From an uncultured cyanobacterium (lineage in GTDB: Bacteria; Cyanobacteriota; Cyanobacteriia; Phormidesmidales; Phormidesmidaceae), in NCBI GenBank assembly GCA_963793265.1, contig CAWBZI010000001.1, positions 1,760,001 through 1,824,000 on the forward strand: DNA of 64,000 nt, in the 5' to 3' direction. This document shows, piece after piece, positions 19,579 to 29,477 of this stretch. The notes under the pieces are model-generated. The model was given only the letters and a program-made list of their open reading frames with translations, made no database searches and was not told the origin of the DNA. Made by a program: the position numbers and the translations under genes. The stretch's first letter is position 1, and each line of letters opens with the position of its first letter.

Positions 19579-19730
19579 ATAACAAACACTTTAAGGTTAC
19601 TTGCAAACGTTCAAGCAAAACTTATGAGTGGAAGAATGTTAGCTGCTAACGCATTTCTGTTTATAGCAAACGCTTTAAGGTTGCTTGTAAGTGCTTAAGG
19701 GGATCTTATGAGTGGGGGAGGCGTTGGTGC
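19579..19730. repeat. Degenerate tandem duplication, period ~84 bp
   Basis: ataacaaacactttaaggttacttgcaa...cttatgagtgg at 19579 vs atagcaaacgctttaaggttgcttgtaa...cttatgagtgg at 19663. Confidence 0.75.
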
Positions 19731-19748
19731 GATCGCTTACTACTCAAC

Positions 19749-20159
19749 TTACGGAACAACCGTAAAAGCCTGCTTACCGTTAATACGATAGACATAGAAA
19801 TCGCTATCTAACGTAAAGATACGCTGCATATTCAAAGTTTCAGCAGCCACTACTAGGGAAGCATCTGCCAAATCCATTGGCACATCCCGATACTGTTCCA
19901 TCAGAATCCTCATCCGCCTGCATTCCTCAACGTCTAAATCATAGATAACCAACGTACCTATCTCCCATAGCTACCACAAAGACCGCTGCCCAGCCCAACC
20001 ACATAGCTTTCCTAAAAAGTACATGGCTTCTGCCCAACAGGGCCAAGTAGTCAGCATAGGCCCTTTCAACTGCGCAGTCACCTCTAAACACCGCAGATGC
20101 TCGTTTGTTTGATTTTCATCAATGAGCGCAATTAGTGGGCCAGCATCCACTAAGTTCAC
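19749..20159 (-). pseudogene. vapC: PIN/VapC toxin with in-frame amber stop at 19971-19973
   Basis: LVDAGPLIAL...EAMYFL and MDLADASLV...FTLDSDF are in the same frame, separated by one TAG. Confidence 0.88.
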
Positions 20160-20527
20160 GGTAAACGAATGCCTTGTTTATCAAACTTCTCAGCTAACGC
20201 ATCGCCATAAGGATCAGCCTTCTGACTGGTTTGGCGATTTTCAGCACCACTATTTACCGTTCCAACAAGACCCGATAACAGTTCAGACAAAGGCTTCTGC
20301 TGAATCTCGCTAGTAGGTGTAATGAATTTACTACTTTTAGATGGCCTAGCATCACTATCGCTCGACTCTACCGAATCATGATGAGACTCAGAAGAGAGCT
20401 TAGGCGCATCAACAGTAGCCGCAAGCCTAGCGGCAATCCAATCATCTGGGCTTATGCCTTTTGCTTGAGCTTCTTCTATCAGGCTTTGATACGTGCTTTC
20501 AGAGAGGGTAATGGTATGTTCGGCCAT
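20156..20527 (-). CDS. Putative antitoxin
   Basis: TITLSESTYQSL (RHH-like) N-terminus; stop overlaps the start of the PIN gene. Confidence 0.75.
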   Translation of the reverse strand: MAEHTITLSESTYQSLIEEAQAKGISPDDWIAARLAATVDAPKLSSESHHDSVESSDSDARPSKSSKFITPTSEIQQKPLSELLSGLVGTVNSGAENRQTSQKADPYGDALAEKFDKQGIRLP

Positions 20528-20553
20528 GGTGTGAACTTATTCATTTATAGGCT

Positions 20554-20763
20554 CTATGATACACGGCCTACAGATATTTGATAGTTAGGGCTTAGCTGAA
20601 ACGTCTGTGTCCATAGCGGCGAAGTGGTCAAACTATGTGTCGATAGATAGCCTTGCACCTCTCCTTGCTTTGCCATCTCAAGCTGAGAAAATGCTGCAAG
20701 GTGATTACTATGCGCGGACAGCAAAGCAGGTACCAATACAGAAGTATCGTACAAAACTTTCAC
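20554..20763 (-). pseudogene. vapC: Truncated PIN toxin
   Basis: MKVLYDTSVLVPALL...STHSL, then PIN similarity is lost at ~45 aa. Confidence 0.8.
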
Positions 20764-21029
20764 GGATTCATCTTGCTAATCTGGCTTTGAATCCTTTCTT
20801 CTCTCATTTCTTTAATAAATTCAGTTGTATCAAATCCATCTAATCGTCCAGTTTCAACAACCAAAATACCATTTTTCAGATGCAACCTTTCAGATGCAGG
20901 CTCCTCTACCGCTGGCTCTGCCAATGCATCCGACTTGTGCTTTAGCTTTCTTAGAGTCTCTAAAAGCACTGAAACGACCTCATCTGGCGAAGCCTGAATC
21001 GCCTTCATCAGTTCTCCCTTAGGAGTCAT
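20760..21029 (-). CDS. Putative antitoxin
   Basis: 89 aa, overlaps PIN start; KNGILVV...IKEMREERI resembles VapB-type C-termini. Confidence 0.75.
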   Translation of the reverse strand: MTPKGELMKAIQASPDEVVSVLLETLRKLKHKSDALAEPAVEEPASERLHLKNGILVVETGRLDGFDTTEFIKEMREERIQSQISKMNP

Positions 21030-21145
21030 AACGTATCCTATTCAAAGAGTCATCACCATTATTCTATTCTACGGCGCAGCGCTAGAGACTCGTGACTACC
21101 GGATGATATAGCTTCATATGATGGCATATGCGCTATCATCTTCTC

Positions 21146-21571
21146 ATGTCAAACAAAATTGTCATTGACACTAGCGTATTCATCAGTGCGCTCATCGGCC
21201 CTACTAGCCCCAGTCGAGCCTTGATCCGCCATTGCCTGAGGGGTAACTACCAACCCCTAATGGGAAATGCCTTATTTTGCGAATACGAAGCAGTATCAAA
21301 AAGACAACGGATTATAGACCAGTGTCCACTGACTAAACTCGAAATCGAAACTTTGCTTCAAGCCTTTATGAGCATTAGCAAATGGACTTTTATTTACTAC
21401 ACATGGAGGCCCAACCTTAAAGATGAAGCCGATAATCACCTTATAGAACTCGCTGTTGCAGGCAATGCTTCTATCATCGCAACGAACAATATTAAAGACT
21501 TCAGAAATGCTGAACTCCTTTTTCCAGCGCTGACCATAGAAAAACCAGAAGAGATTTTGAGGAAACTATAA
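21146..21571 (+). CDS. PIN-family putative toxin
   Basis: IVIDTSVFISAL, EYEAV, WRPNLKDEADNHLIELAVAG, TNNIKDF. Confidence 0.88.
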   Translation: MSNKIVIDTSVFISALIGPTSPSRALIRHCLRGNYQPLMGNALFCEYEAVSKRQRIIDQCPLTKLEIETLLQAFMSISKWTFIYYTWRPNLKDEADNHLIELAVAGNASIIATNNIKDFRNAELLFPALTIEKPEEILRKL

Positions 21572-21573
21572 TC

Positions 21574-21807
21574 ATGGCAACACTAACAATTCGCCTGCCT
21601 GACGACAAACATGAGAGACTTAAAGCCTTTGCCCAAAGTAGGGGACTTAGCGTAAATAAGCTGATGGAGGAGCTATCGACAATAGCACTAGCAGAGTACG
21701 ATGCGTTTACTCGATTCAAGGCAATGGCTGCGACAGGCGATGCTCAAGTGGGTCTACAGCTACTAGATAAGTTAGACGGGCTAACAAGTGCAGTAGATGA
21801 ACCATAG
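21574..21807 (+). CDS. Ribbon-helix-helix antitoxin
   Basis: MATLTIRLPDDKHERLK...SVNKLMEE, 2 bp after the PIN gene. Confidence 0.85.
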   Translation: MATLTIRLPDDKHERLKAFAQSRGLSVNKLMEELSTIALAEYDAFTRFKAMAATGDAQVGLQLLDKLDGLTSAVDEP

Positions 21808-21814
21808 GGTGGTT

Positions 21815-22213
21815 TCACCAGATGACGGGTACGAGATTAGAGGCAGTGATGTTGCGATCGCACGTCAACAAAGCAACCTCTTCCCCACTATCTTGAATCA
21901 CAAGCGCCGTCGCCACTATCTGCCGATCATGCATTTCATTGATAGCAGATAGCTTCAGAGTCCGCGCTATCACAGCTTGGTTAAGAGGATACACTTCAAT
22001 TTTAGGATCACGGCTAACCGCCTCCCACAGAGAGGCTACAGAAGTGATATCCGTTTTCCCCTGGCCTACAATCCAAACAGCTTCAGCCAAAGCGATCGCC
22101 GGTAAAACAAGCTGACTTGCAGCATCAGAAAGCACTGCATCAGCAGCCTCACTCAGCTTAGGATTATCCTCTAAGAACCAAACCAAAATGTGAGTATCAA
22201 CAACATACTTCAC
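21815..22213 (-). CDS. vapC: PIN/VapC toxin
   Basis: YVVDTHILVW, ALAE, MHDRQIVATA, LLTCD. Confidence 0.88.
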   Translation of the reverse strand: MKYVVDTHILVWFLEDNPKLSEAADAVLSDAASQLVLPAIALAEAVWIVGQGKTDITSVASLWEAVSRDPKIEVYPLNQAVIARTLKLSAINEMHDRQIVATALVIQDSGEEVALLTCDRNITASNLVPVIW

Positions 22214-22216
22214 TAC

Positions 22217-22477
22217 TTATGACCAATCGAGATTATCACCGCTATCTCCATAAAATTCTGCTGACTTAAAATCTTCTTCAGTCGATTTTCGACCGCCGCT
22301 AGATAGCATACCGCGATATATCTTACGCGGAGCATCGCTCACAGTCTCAGGTTCCAAATTATCAAGCGCTTGTTCTGACACAAAAGTCACCAGAACCTCA
22401 CCTTCAACTACATCTGAGGGCAGCTCTAAAAGCTCTACCTCACCATCGCGATAAACGCCTTTAACTGTTTGCATCAT
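22217..22477 (-). CDS. Putative antitoxin
   Basis: TVKGVYRDGEVEL N-terminus, acidic tail, directly upstream of vapC. Confidence 0.75.
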   Translation of the reverse strand: MMQTVKGVYRDGEVELLELPSDVVEGEVLVTFVSEQALDNLEPETVSDAPRKIYRGMLSSGGRKSTEEDFKSAEFYGDSGDNLDWS

Positions 22478-22599
22478 AATAATTCGCCTCCTAGCTCAAT
22501 TCTACCTTGAGCAGCCGCTATCAGCGGTAAAACATGCAGCACCCTCACGGTAAGATACCTTTTGTACTCTTCGCTACCGAACGCTGAGGCAACTGAACT

Positions 22600-23139
22600 G
22601 TGCACGCTCTCCTCGCAATCGCCCGCAAAATCGACCGCTTCACTAACGCCGTCGGCAAGCTTGCCTACTGGATAGTGCTGGTGATGATCGGCGTTGGCGT
22701 ATGGAACGTATTAGGCCGATACATCGGCAACGCCATCGGCCAAAACCTCAGCTCAAACGCGCTGATAGAAACGCAGTGGTATCTATTTGATCTAGTGTTT
22801 TTGCTCGGAGCCGCCTACGCCTTACAGCATAACGAACACGTCCGCGTCGATGTGTTCTACGCCCGCTGGAATCGCCGCCGCAAAGCCATAGCCGATTTAT
22901 TTGGCACATTGTTCTTTCTCCTTCCGTTTTCAGTCCTTGTGATCTACTTTTCTTGGAGCGCCGTGGTGCAGTCTTGGGCCGTCCGTGAAACCTCTCCCGA
23001 TCCGGGCGGACTGGCCCGCTACCCGATTAAAACCATGATTCTCGTTAGCTTTGCGCTGCTAATACTGCAAGGTGTTTCAGATGCGATTAAGAACTTAGCC
23101 ATTATTAAAGGCGAATTGAATGTAGGAGAAGAGTCATGA
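22600..23139 (+). CDS. dctQ: TRAP transporter small permease
   Basis: Four TM segments, EHVRVDVFY, SPDPGGL. Confidence 0.92.
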   Translation: MHALLAIARKIDRFTNAVGKLAYWIVLVMIGVGVWNVLGRYIGNAIGQNLSSNALIETQWYLFDLVFLLGAAYALQHNEHVRVDVFYARWNRRRKAIADLFGTLFFLLPFSVLVIYFSWSAVVQSWAVRETSPDPGGLARYPIKTMILVSFALLILQGVSDAIKNLAIIKGELNVGEES

Positions 23140-24467
23140 TTGCAGATTGGCTCGGCCCGGCGATGTTCGCAGGCGCGTTGGCACTACTCTCACTCGGCTA
23201 CCCGGTCGCGTTCTCTTTAGGCGGCGTGTCAATTCTCTTTGGCATTATTGGCATCGCGATGGGCGTTTTCGATCCGATTTTTCTCACGGCCATGCCACAG
23301 AGAATTTTCGGCATTATGAACAACTTTACGCTGCTGGCGATTCCCTACTTTATTTTTATGGGCGCAATGCTAGAGAAATCTGGGATTGCAGAAGATTTAC
23401 TCGAAACCATGGGCAGCTTGTTTGGTCGCATTCGCGGCGGGCTCGCGGTGGCTGTTGTTGTGGTGGGTGCACTGCTGGCGGCGACGACAGGGGTTGTGGC
23501 GGCGACGGTAGTGACCATGGGACTGATTTCGCTGCCGACGATGCTGCGCTATGGATACAACAAAGATTTAGCGAGTGGGGTGATTGCCGCTTCGGGGACG
23601 CTAGGGCAGATTATTCCGCCGAGTATTGTGCTGGTGGTGCTGGCCGATCAGCTAGGAATTTCTGTTGGAGATTTGTTTTTGGGCTCGGTAATTCCGGGAC
23701 TGATGATGGCAGGGGCTTTTGTGGTGCATGTGCTTGCGATCGCCTTCTTCCGCCCCGATCTAGCCCCCGCACTCCCCGCCGAACTCATCGACATCCGAGG
23801 CAAAACTCTTTTCCTCAAAGTCATTCAAGTAATGCTGCCGCCCTTAGCCCTGATCTTGCTAGTGCTTGGCAGCATTTTCTTTGGGGTAGCCACACCAACT
23901 GAGGCCGGTGCACTTGGGTGTTTTGGCGCGATGGTATTAGCGGCGATTAAAGGTCAGCTCAGGCTTGAAGGATTGCGGGATGTGTGCGATCGCACCCTCC
24001 GCACCACCAGCATGGTTATCTTCATCCTGCTTGGCTCTACCGCCTTCAGCCTAGTGTTTAGAGGGCTCAGAGGCGACAGATTCATCTTTAACGCCCTCAC
24101 AAATCTTCCCGGTGGTGAAATCGGCTTCCTGCTCGTCAGCATGATCACCATCTTCATCCTTGGCTTCTTCATCGACTTCTTCGAGATTGCCTTTATCGTC
24201 GTGCCGCTCTTCGCCCCCATCGCTCAGCAGATCGGCATCGACCTGGTTTGGTACGGCGTCATCATCGGCGCGAATATGCAAACCTCATTTCTCACGCCAC
24301 CGTTTGGCTTTGCCTTGTTCTACCTACGCGGCGTAGCCCCCAAAGAAATTACCACTGGCAACATCTATCGCGGCGTCATTCCTTTCATCGCACTGCAGCT
24401 ACTCGTACTGGTCGCGATCATCGCCTTCCCACCTTTGGTAAGCTGGCTTCCTTCAATCAGTCAGTAG
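23136..24467 (+). CDS. dctM: TRAP transporter large permease
   Basis: LLAIPYFIFMG, GTLGQIIPPS, ATPTEAGA, LTPPFG. Confidence 0.95.
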   Translation: MIADWLGPAMFAGALALLSLGYPVAFSLGGVSILFGIIGIAMGVFDPIFLTAMPQRIFGIMNNFTLLAIPYFIFMGAMLEKSGIAEDLLETMGSLFGRIRGGLAVAVVVVGALLAATTGVVAATVVTMGLISLPTMLRYGYNKDLASGVIAASGTLGQIIPPSIVLVVLADQLGISVGDLFLGSVIPGLMMAGAFVVHVLAIAFFRPDLAPALPAELIDIRGKTLFLKVIQVMLPPLALILLVLGSIFFGVATPTEAGALGCFGAMVLAAIKGQLRLEGLRDVCDRTLRTTSMVIFILLGSTAFSLVFRGLRGDRFIFNALTNLPGGEIGFLLVSMITIFILGFFIDFFEIAFIVVPLFAPIAQQIGIDLVWYGVIIGANMQTSFLTPPFGFALFYLRGVAPKEITTGNIYRGVIPFIALQLLVLVAIIAFPPLVSWLPSISQ

Positions 24468-24474
24468 GCTGGGT

Positions 24475-25203
24475 CTACCAAATCAACCGCAGGCCAATCA
24501 CGCCTAGTAGCGAAAGCACAATTCGCTTAAAGCTATCGGCATCAATCTTTTTAGAAAGCACAATGCCTAAGCCCATCCCAATTGCAAACATTGGCGTTGT
24601 GTACAGCGCAATTTCCCAAAGCTCAGGTGTGAGATGCCCTTCAAAAAAGTGACCAGTCAGCGCAAATGTGAGCGCCACGACATACACACCAGGCAAGTTT
24701 CCTTTAAATTCTTCTGGGCTCCATTGCTTAGAGTTCGCGTACATCACCAGCGGCGGGCCGCCCGCTGTAAAAGCGCCGGTCAGAAAGCCAGATATTCCAC
24801 CGAATAAGTAGGCCCACCTGGGAGAGGTGAGCGCTGGCATTGTGAAGGCAGGGGAGATCAGGCGCAGAATGTCGTAGGCCACGTACAGCACGATAAAGCT
24901 GCCGAGTATTTTTAGCGAAATATCTTCGGGGATGTAGTGCAGGCCGACTAGACCAATTGGAATGGAGACGAGCGCTGAGAGGACGAGGGGTAGGGTTGCT
25001 TTTAAGCTGAAATTATCGCGGTAGTAAATCCATAGCCCGATGCTGCTGAGCAGGCACATCATTAGCACTAGAGGGATTGCAAGGGAGAGATCTAAGAAGA
25101 AGGGGAGGATTGCGATCGCAACCAGCGCAAATCCAAACCCCGCCAAACTCTGCACCGCCGCTGCCAGGCCGATAATCCCAGCGATCCATATGATATTTTC
25201 CAA
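24475..25203 (-). CDS. TauE/SafE-family membrane protein
   Basis: LAGFGFAL and GFLTGAFTAGGPP repeats, ~8 TM segments. Confidence 0.85.
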   Translation of the reverse strand: MENIIWIAGIIGLAAAVQSLAGFGFALVAIAILPFFLDLSLAIPLVLMMCLLSSIGLWIYYRDNFSLKATLPLVLSALVSIPIGLVGLHYIPEDISLKILGSFIVLYVAYDILRLISPAFTMPALTSPRWAYLFGGISGFLTGAFTAGGPPLVMYANSKQWSPEEFKGNLPGVYVVALTFALTGHFFEGHLTPELWEIALYTTPMFAIGMGLGIVLSKKIDADSFKRIVLSLLGVIGLRLIW

Positions 25204-25369
25204 AAGTCCCTACCTGCGCCTGTTTGAGAATATGGCTGCTTAAGAATAAGAGTGGAACTTTAAGTAAAAAGTTACATTCGTTACAATATTAACTTATATG
25301 AACGCTATTCTCATCTTTAATTACAGCCGTCATCGCTAAATTCACGTGAGTAGCGGAATTCACCTTTTA

Positions 25370-25383
25370 GTTGTATATTCAAC
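25370..25383. promoter_or_regulatory. Candidate MarR operator
   Basis: GTTGTATATTCAAC near-perfect palindrome between divergent tauE-like and marR genes. Confidence 0.45.
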
Positions 25384-25447
25384 CGCATAGCTGATAGCGG
25401 CCTTATGCTCGGGCCGTAGGCTCAGTACTATCAAGGGTTTCGGCGGT

Positions 25448-25993
25448 ATGGTTCAGGCAGTCGGTAGCAGTACAAAAGCGCAGGCGATCGCGATCGCGCA
25501 GCAAATGTCACAAGAATGCGTTGCCCGGCGGCTGCGTCAGGTGAATCGCACCGTCACCCGGCTATACGACGAAGCACTGCGGCCCCACGGACTGACGGTG
25601 AATCAGCTCAATATTTTGGCCGTGATTATCAGCGAAAAGCAAATTCGCCCCGGTCAGCTCGGCCAGGCGCTCGGCATGGAAAAATCCACTATTAGCCGCA
25701 CCGTTGATCGGATGGTGGGCAAAGGATGGCTTAAGGTCAGCGCTGGAGAAGACAGCCGCACTCAGCTATTGGCGGTGACGGCAAAAGGCCATCAGCTATT
25801 GCTGAAGGTAACGCCCGTTTGGGATACCTTGCAGTCCGGCATTCTAAATACAGGCGACAACAACATTTTGAATATGCTCACGGTAGGCGCGATTGAACCT
25901 ACGGCAAAGCCAGCACAAGACTACACAGCCGCCGCTGCATACGAGCCTGCTTACGCCAGCGAACCTATCACCGCCGACGACTTCTATCTATAG
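25448..25993 (+). CDS. MarR-family transcriptional regulator
   Basis: CVARRLRQVNRTVTRLYD, GLTVNQ, MEKSTISR, DSR..VTAKG. Confidence 0.9.
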   Translation: MVQAVGSSTKAQAIAIAQQMSQECVARRLRQVNRTVTRLYDEALRPHGLTVNQLNILAVIISEKQIRPGQLGQALGMEKSTISRTVDRMVGKGWLKVSAGEDSRTQLLAVTAKGHQLLLKVTPVWDTLQSGILNTGDNNILNMLTVGAIEPTAKPAQDYTAAAAYEPAYASEPITADDFYL

Positions 25994-26024
25994 ATGAAGA
26001 GAGAATACTGTAGCGGAGGAAGTG

Positions 26025-27119
26025 CTACTTCTCTGTGAACTTAGAAAAGCTCAGCTCATTCACCCGATTCCAGCCCTGAACCGTGTCGCGAAACACCTTC
26101 CAGCTTTCATAAACCTCTTTGAAGGTGGCATCCTTACCAGCATTTTCTTCAAACAGCGCAGTAGACGCATCCGAGGCCGCTCTTAGAATGTCATCGCTGT
26201 ACGGCACAAGCTGAGTGCCCTTATCCACCAGGCTTTGCAAAGCTGCCCCGTTAAGCGCATCGTACTTAGCAAGCATGTTGATATTCGACTCGTAGCTCGC
26301 CGTCTTAAACACCTCCTGGTACTCCTCGGGCAGGCTGTTCCAAGCCTCCAAGTTCACAGTGACATCCAACGTGGCTCCCGGCTCCCACCAGCCCGGATAG
26401 TAGTAAAAGTCAGCCGCATTATTCAGGCCCAGCTTCTCATCGTCATAAGGGCCTACAAACTCAGCGGCATCAATCGCCCCGCGATCTAACGCCAGAAAAA
26501 TTTCGCCGCCCGGTAGCACCTGTACGTTTACACCGAGCTTGGCCATCACCTCGCCGCCTAGTCCCGGAATTCGCATTTTCAAACCCTTTAAGTCGTCCAC
26601 GGTTTGAATATTATTTTTGAACCAGCCGCCCATTTGCACACCCGTGTTACCAGCCGGGAAGCCGATGACATTAAAGTCAGCATATAGCTTATGCATCGTG
26701 TCTAAGCCGCCGCCGTGGTAGTACCAGGCGTTTTGCTGCTGCGCATTGAGACCAAATGGGACGGTGGTGCCAAAGGCGAGCGCCTGATTTTTACCGACGT
26801 AGTAGTAAGAGGCGCTGTGGCCGCATTCTACGGTGCCACCCTGAACCGCGTCGAGCACTTGCAGGCCAGGGACAATTTCGCCAGCGGCAAAAGGATCGAT
26901 CGAGAAGCGGCCATCGGTGAGGGCAGAAACGCGATCGCACACCGTTTGCGCCCCGCCATAAATCGTATCGAGAGACTGCGGCCAGCTCGTCGCCATCCGC
27001 CACTGCACCCGAGGCAAATCGCCGCTCACCGTCCCGCCGCCCTGCTGGGCCGTGCAAGCTGCCACCGATGCGGCCCCTACTGCACTTGCCCCATACCCCA
27101 AAATTCGTCTGCGCTTCAT
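26025..27119 (-). CDS. dctP: TRAP substrate-binding protein (2-oxoacid/TakP-like)
   Basis: Arg-rich Tat-like signal, [35 protein letters not shown]. Confidence 0.92.
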   Translation of the reverse strand: MKRRRILGYGASAVGAASVAACTAQQGGGTVSGDLPRVQWRMATSWPQSLDTIYGGAQTVCDRVSALTDGRFSIDPFAAGEIVPGLQVLDAVQGGTVECGHSASYYYVGKNQALAFGTTVPFGLNAQQQNAWYYHGGGLDTMHKLYADFNVIGFPAGNTGVQMGGWFKNNIQTVDDLKGLKMRIPGLGGEVMAKLGVNVQVLPGGEIFLALDRGAIDAAEFVGPYDDEKLGLNNAADFYYYPGWWEPGATLDVTVNLEAWNSLPEEYQEVFKTASYESNINMLAKYDALNGAALQSLVDKGTQLVPYSDDILRAASDASTALFEENAGKDATFKEVYESWKVFRDTVQGWNRVNELSFSKFTEK

Positions 27120-27304
27120 CTGCTCGTCTGCTCGGCCTGTCGAAGGCAAGCTTCCCTACACTGCGCTTTTCATTAAATCATTCGACGTATATGAACTGTG
27201 CCTTTAGCAACAGTCAGTAACCAGATAGCTGAGTTTAGCCCAGCAAAATCTTCAGCCATCGAAGTGCATCTTTCGATAAAGAGATGATAGAATCTGAGCA
27301 ATCA

Positions 27305-27378
27305 GGACATGTAGCTCAGTTGGATAGAGCATCAGATTCCGGTTCTGAGGGTCGGGGGTTCGAATCCCTTCATGTTCG
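27305..27378 (+). tRNA. tRNA-Arg(CCG)
   Basis: Acceptor ggacatg/catgttc, D arm gctc-agttggata-gagc, anticodon arm tcaga-ttCCGgt-tctga, T loop gttcgaatc; CCA not encoded. Confidence 0.96.
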
Positions 27379-27380
27379 CT

Positions 27381-27415
27381 AAAAAGGCTCGCACATTAAG
27401 TTGTGCGAGCCTTTT
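27381..27415. terminator. Bidirectional terminator between tRNA and kaiC
   Basis: aaaaaggctcgcaca-ttaagt-tgtgcgagcctttt. Confidence 0.88.
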
Positions 27416-27429
27416 CTTGTGTATTCAGC

Positions 27430-29010
27430 TCACGTATTCAGCGCGTCGTCAATATCTTTTTTCTTATCACGCACGCCCTGCACAATCCGCGAAAGCTCGC
27501 TCTTTTCGGTGCTTGCCACCCGTCTTGGCGAGCCGCTAATAATCCCTTCCAAATTACGGAACGACTCCTGAATCTGCGGCCCTTTCTCATCGATAATATA
27601 TTCGCGGATCGAATTATCGTGCCAGGAGCCGCGCATTTTAAACACGTTAATCGCCCGCGACATTTCGCCACGAATCTCTACGTATTGCAGCATCAAAATG
27701 GTGTCGGTAATCGTAGAAATATGTGAGTCAGTAATTGAGTTAGACCCCATAAACTGCTCGGTTGTATTGGTGAAAAAGCCCGTAATTTCTTCCTGCTTAG
27801 CGTAGCCCGTCACCCCAATTACAAACTGCCGGAAAGCATTATTGCTCACGCCTCTATCTAAGGCCGAGAGCGAATCAATCGCAATCCGCGACGGCTTAAA
27901 CTCAGCAATCTGCGACTTAATAATTTGCAGATGATCCTCAAGCCCTGCCGATTCAGGGTAGGCGCAAATAATTTTCAGCAGCCCCATGCGCTCTAGCTCT
28001 TCAAAATCGATGCCCCACGACGAGGCATTACGCGATAGCTGCGATCGCGACTCCTCATAAGCAAACAAAATTGAGCGCTCGCCATTTTCACAGGCATTCG
28101 CCAAAAAGTTACTCACCAGCAGCGTTTTACCCGTACCCGTCGCGCCCGTCGCCAAAATAATCGAGTCTTTAAAGAAGCCGCCGCCGCACATTTTATCGAG
28201 CGTAGGCACACCTGAAGACACGCGCACGTTAGAAGAACGTTGAGTAAGCCGCATCGCGCCCAACGGAAAGATGCTGACGCCGTTATCAGTGATGGTGAAG
28301 GGGTATTCGCCCTTCATGTGCGTCGTGCCTCGCAGCTTCAAAATTTCAATCGTGCGTCGTCTGCGCTCTACCTCCAAGGCATTGCGCACAATCACCACAT
28401 TATCTGATACAAATTCTTCAACGCCAAAGCGCGCCACCGGGCCGTATTCTTCCACGCGCTCAGTGGTCATCAGCGTAGTAGCGCCCATCTGCTTGAGGCG
28501 CGCGAGCAGCCGGAAGATTTCACGGCGAACGACTTCAGCCGCATCGTACTGATGAAAAATAGCCGTTACCGAATCAATTGAAACTCGCTTGGCATTGTAC
28601 TTACGAATGGCATACTGAATGCGCTCAATCAGAGCAGACAGATCAAAATTACCGACGACCTCTTGGCCTTCAGGATCGGGGCAGGCGTCTAATATAAATA
28701 GCTTGCCATTGTCTATTAAAGCTTGCAGATCCCAGCCGAAGCTGTAGGCATTGGTGATGATGTCAGCGGGCGATTCTTCGAAGGTGACAAAAACGCCGGG
28801 TTCATCAAAATAGGTGAGGCCGTGATAGAGGAACTGTAGCGCAAGCAGCGTTTTGCCTGTGCCAGAAGTGCCGCTAACCAGCGTAGAGCGACCGACCGGC
28901 AGGCCACCATGACTAATATCATCGAACCCTTCGATCATGGTGCGGATTTTTTGAACGCCTTTTGAGCGGGTCAGCGCCTGGTTTTCGACGGTCGATGACG
29001 TTGGGTTCAT
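27430..29010 (-). CDS. kaiC: Circadian clock kinase/ATPase KaiC
   Basis: Two RecA domains (GTSGTGKT, GATGTGKT), phosphosites DSHISTITD, KMRGSWHD. Confidence 0.98.
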   Translation of the reverse strand: MNPTSSTVENQALTRSKGVQKIRTMIEGFDDISHGGLPVGRSTLVSGTSGTGKTLLALQFLYHGLTYFDEPGVFVTFEESPADIITNAYSFGWDLQALIDNGKLFILDACPDPEGQEVVGNFDLSALIERIQYAIRKYNAKRVSIDSVTAIFHQYDAAEVVRREIFRLLARLKQMGATTLMTTERVEEYGPVARFGVEEFVSDNVVIVRNALEVERRRRTIEILKLRGTTHMKGEYPFTITDNGVSIFPLGAMRLTQRSSNVRVSSGVPTLDKMCGGGFFKDSIILATGATGTGKTLLVSNFLANACENGERSILFAYEESRSQLSRNASSWGIDFEELERMGLLKIICAYPESAGLEDHLQIIKSQIAEFKPSRIAIDSLSALDRGVSNNAFRQFVIGVTGYAKQEEITGFFTNTTEQFMGSNSITDSHISTITDTILMLQYVEIRGEMSRAINVFKMRGSWHDNSIREYIIDEKGPQIQESFRNLEGIISGSPRRVASTEKSELSRIVQGVRDKKKDIDDALNT

Positions 29011-29045
29011 AGCGGGATATTAAAAGGAAATCTAATTGTCAAAAT

Positions 29046-29360
29046 TTAGCTAAACAGTCCATCTTCTCGTAGTTCATCATAGAGAAGATCGAGCCCAATC
29101 AAAACCTTTTCACGGTCTGAGAGGTCGCCAATGATTTTGCGCACCGGGGGCGGCAGAATTTTTGAAAGCGTGGGCGTCGCCAGAATTTTGTCTTCTTCAG
29201 CAAGCTGAGGATTTTTCAAAACGTCAATGACTTTAAGCGCATACACGCCCTGAAACTCTTCTTCTAGAATCGTGTTCAGCGTTCTGAGTGCTCGCGCAGA
29301 GCTGGGCGTATTTCCAGCGACATACAGCTTCAAAATGTAGGTTTTTTGAGGAGCGCTCAT
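29046..29360 (-). CDS. kaiB: Circadian clock protein KaiB
   Basis: [34 protein letters not shown]. Confidence 0.97.
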   Translation of the reverse strand: MSAPQKTYILKLYVAGNTPSSARALRTLNTILEEEFQGVYALKVIDVLKNPQLAEEDKILATPTLSKILPPPVRKIIGDLSDREKVLIGLDLLYDELREDGLFS

Positions 29361-29477
29361 GGGGTGTGACAAAGGTGAAAGGCTAAGTGGCGATCGCGCG
29401 TATTCTAAAGCAAGCGTTGGATATAAGGCGTCGTTTAAAAGGTTTTCAAAAAAAGTTTGCCTTAAAAGAGAGAATGC

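Noticed and set aside
19530..19736. CRISPR array
   Set aside because: Only two degenerate units, no repeat-spacer regularity, no cas genes
23147..23902. 251-aa alternative-frame ORF within dctM and similar overlapping ORFs across the window
   Set aside because: Shadow frames of well-supported genes with no motifs of their own
25271..25287. Canonical RpaB HLR1 site
   Set aside because: Half-sites match but are separated by 1 nt rather than the usual 2
27305..27378. tRNA-Arg as an island integration site
   Set aside because: No integrase and no duplicated tRNA 3' end seen in the window
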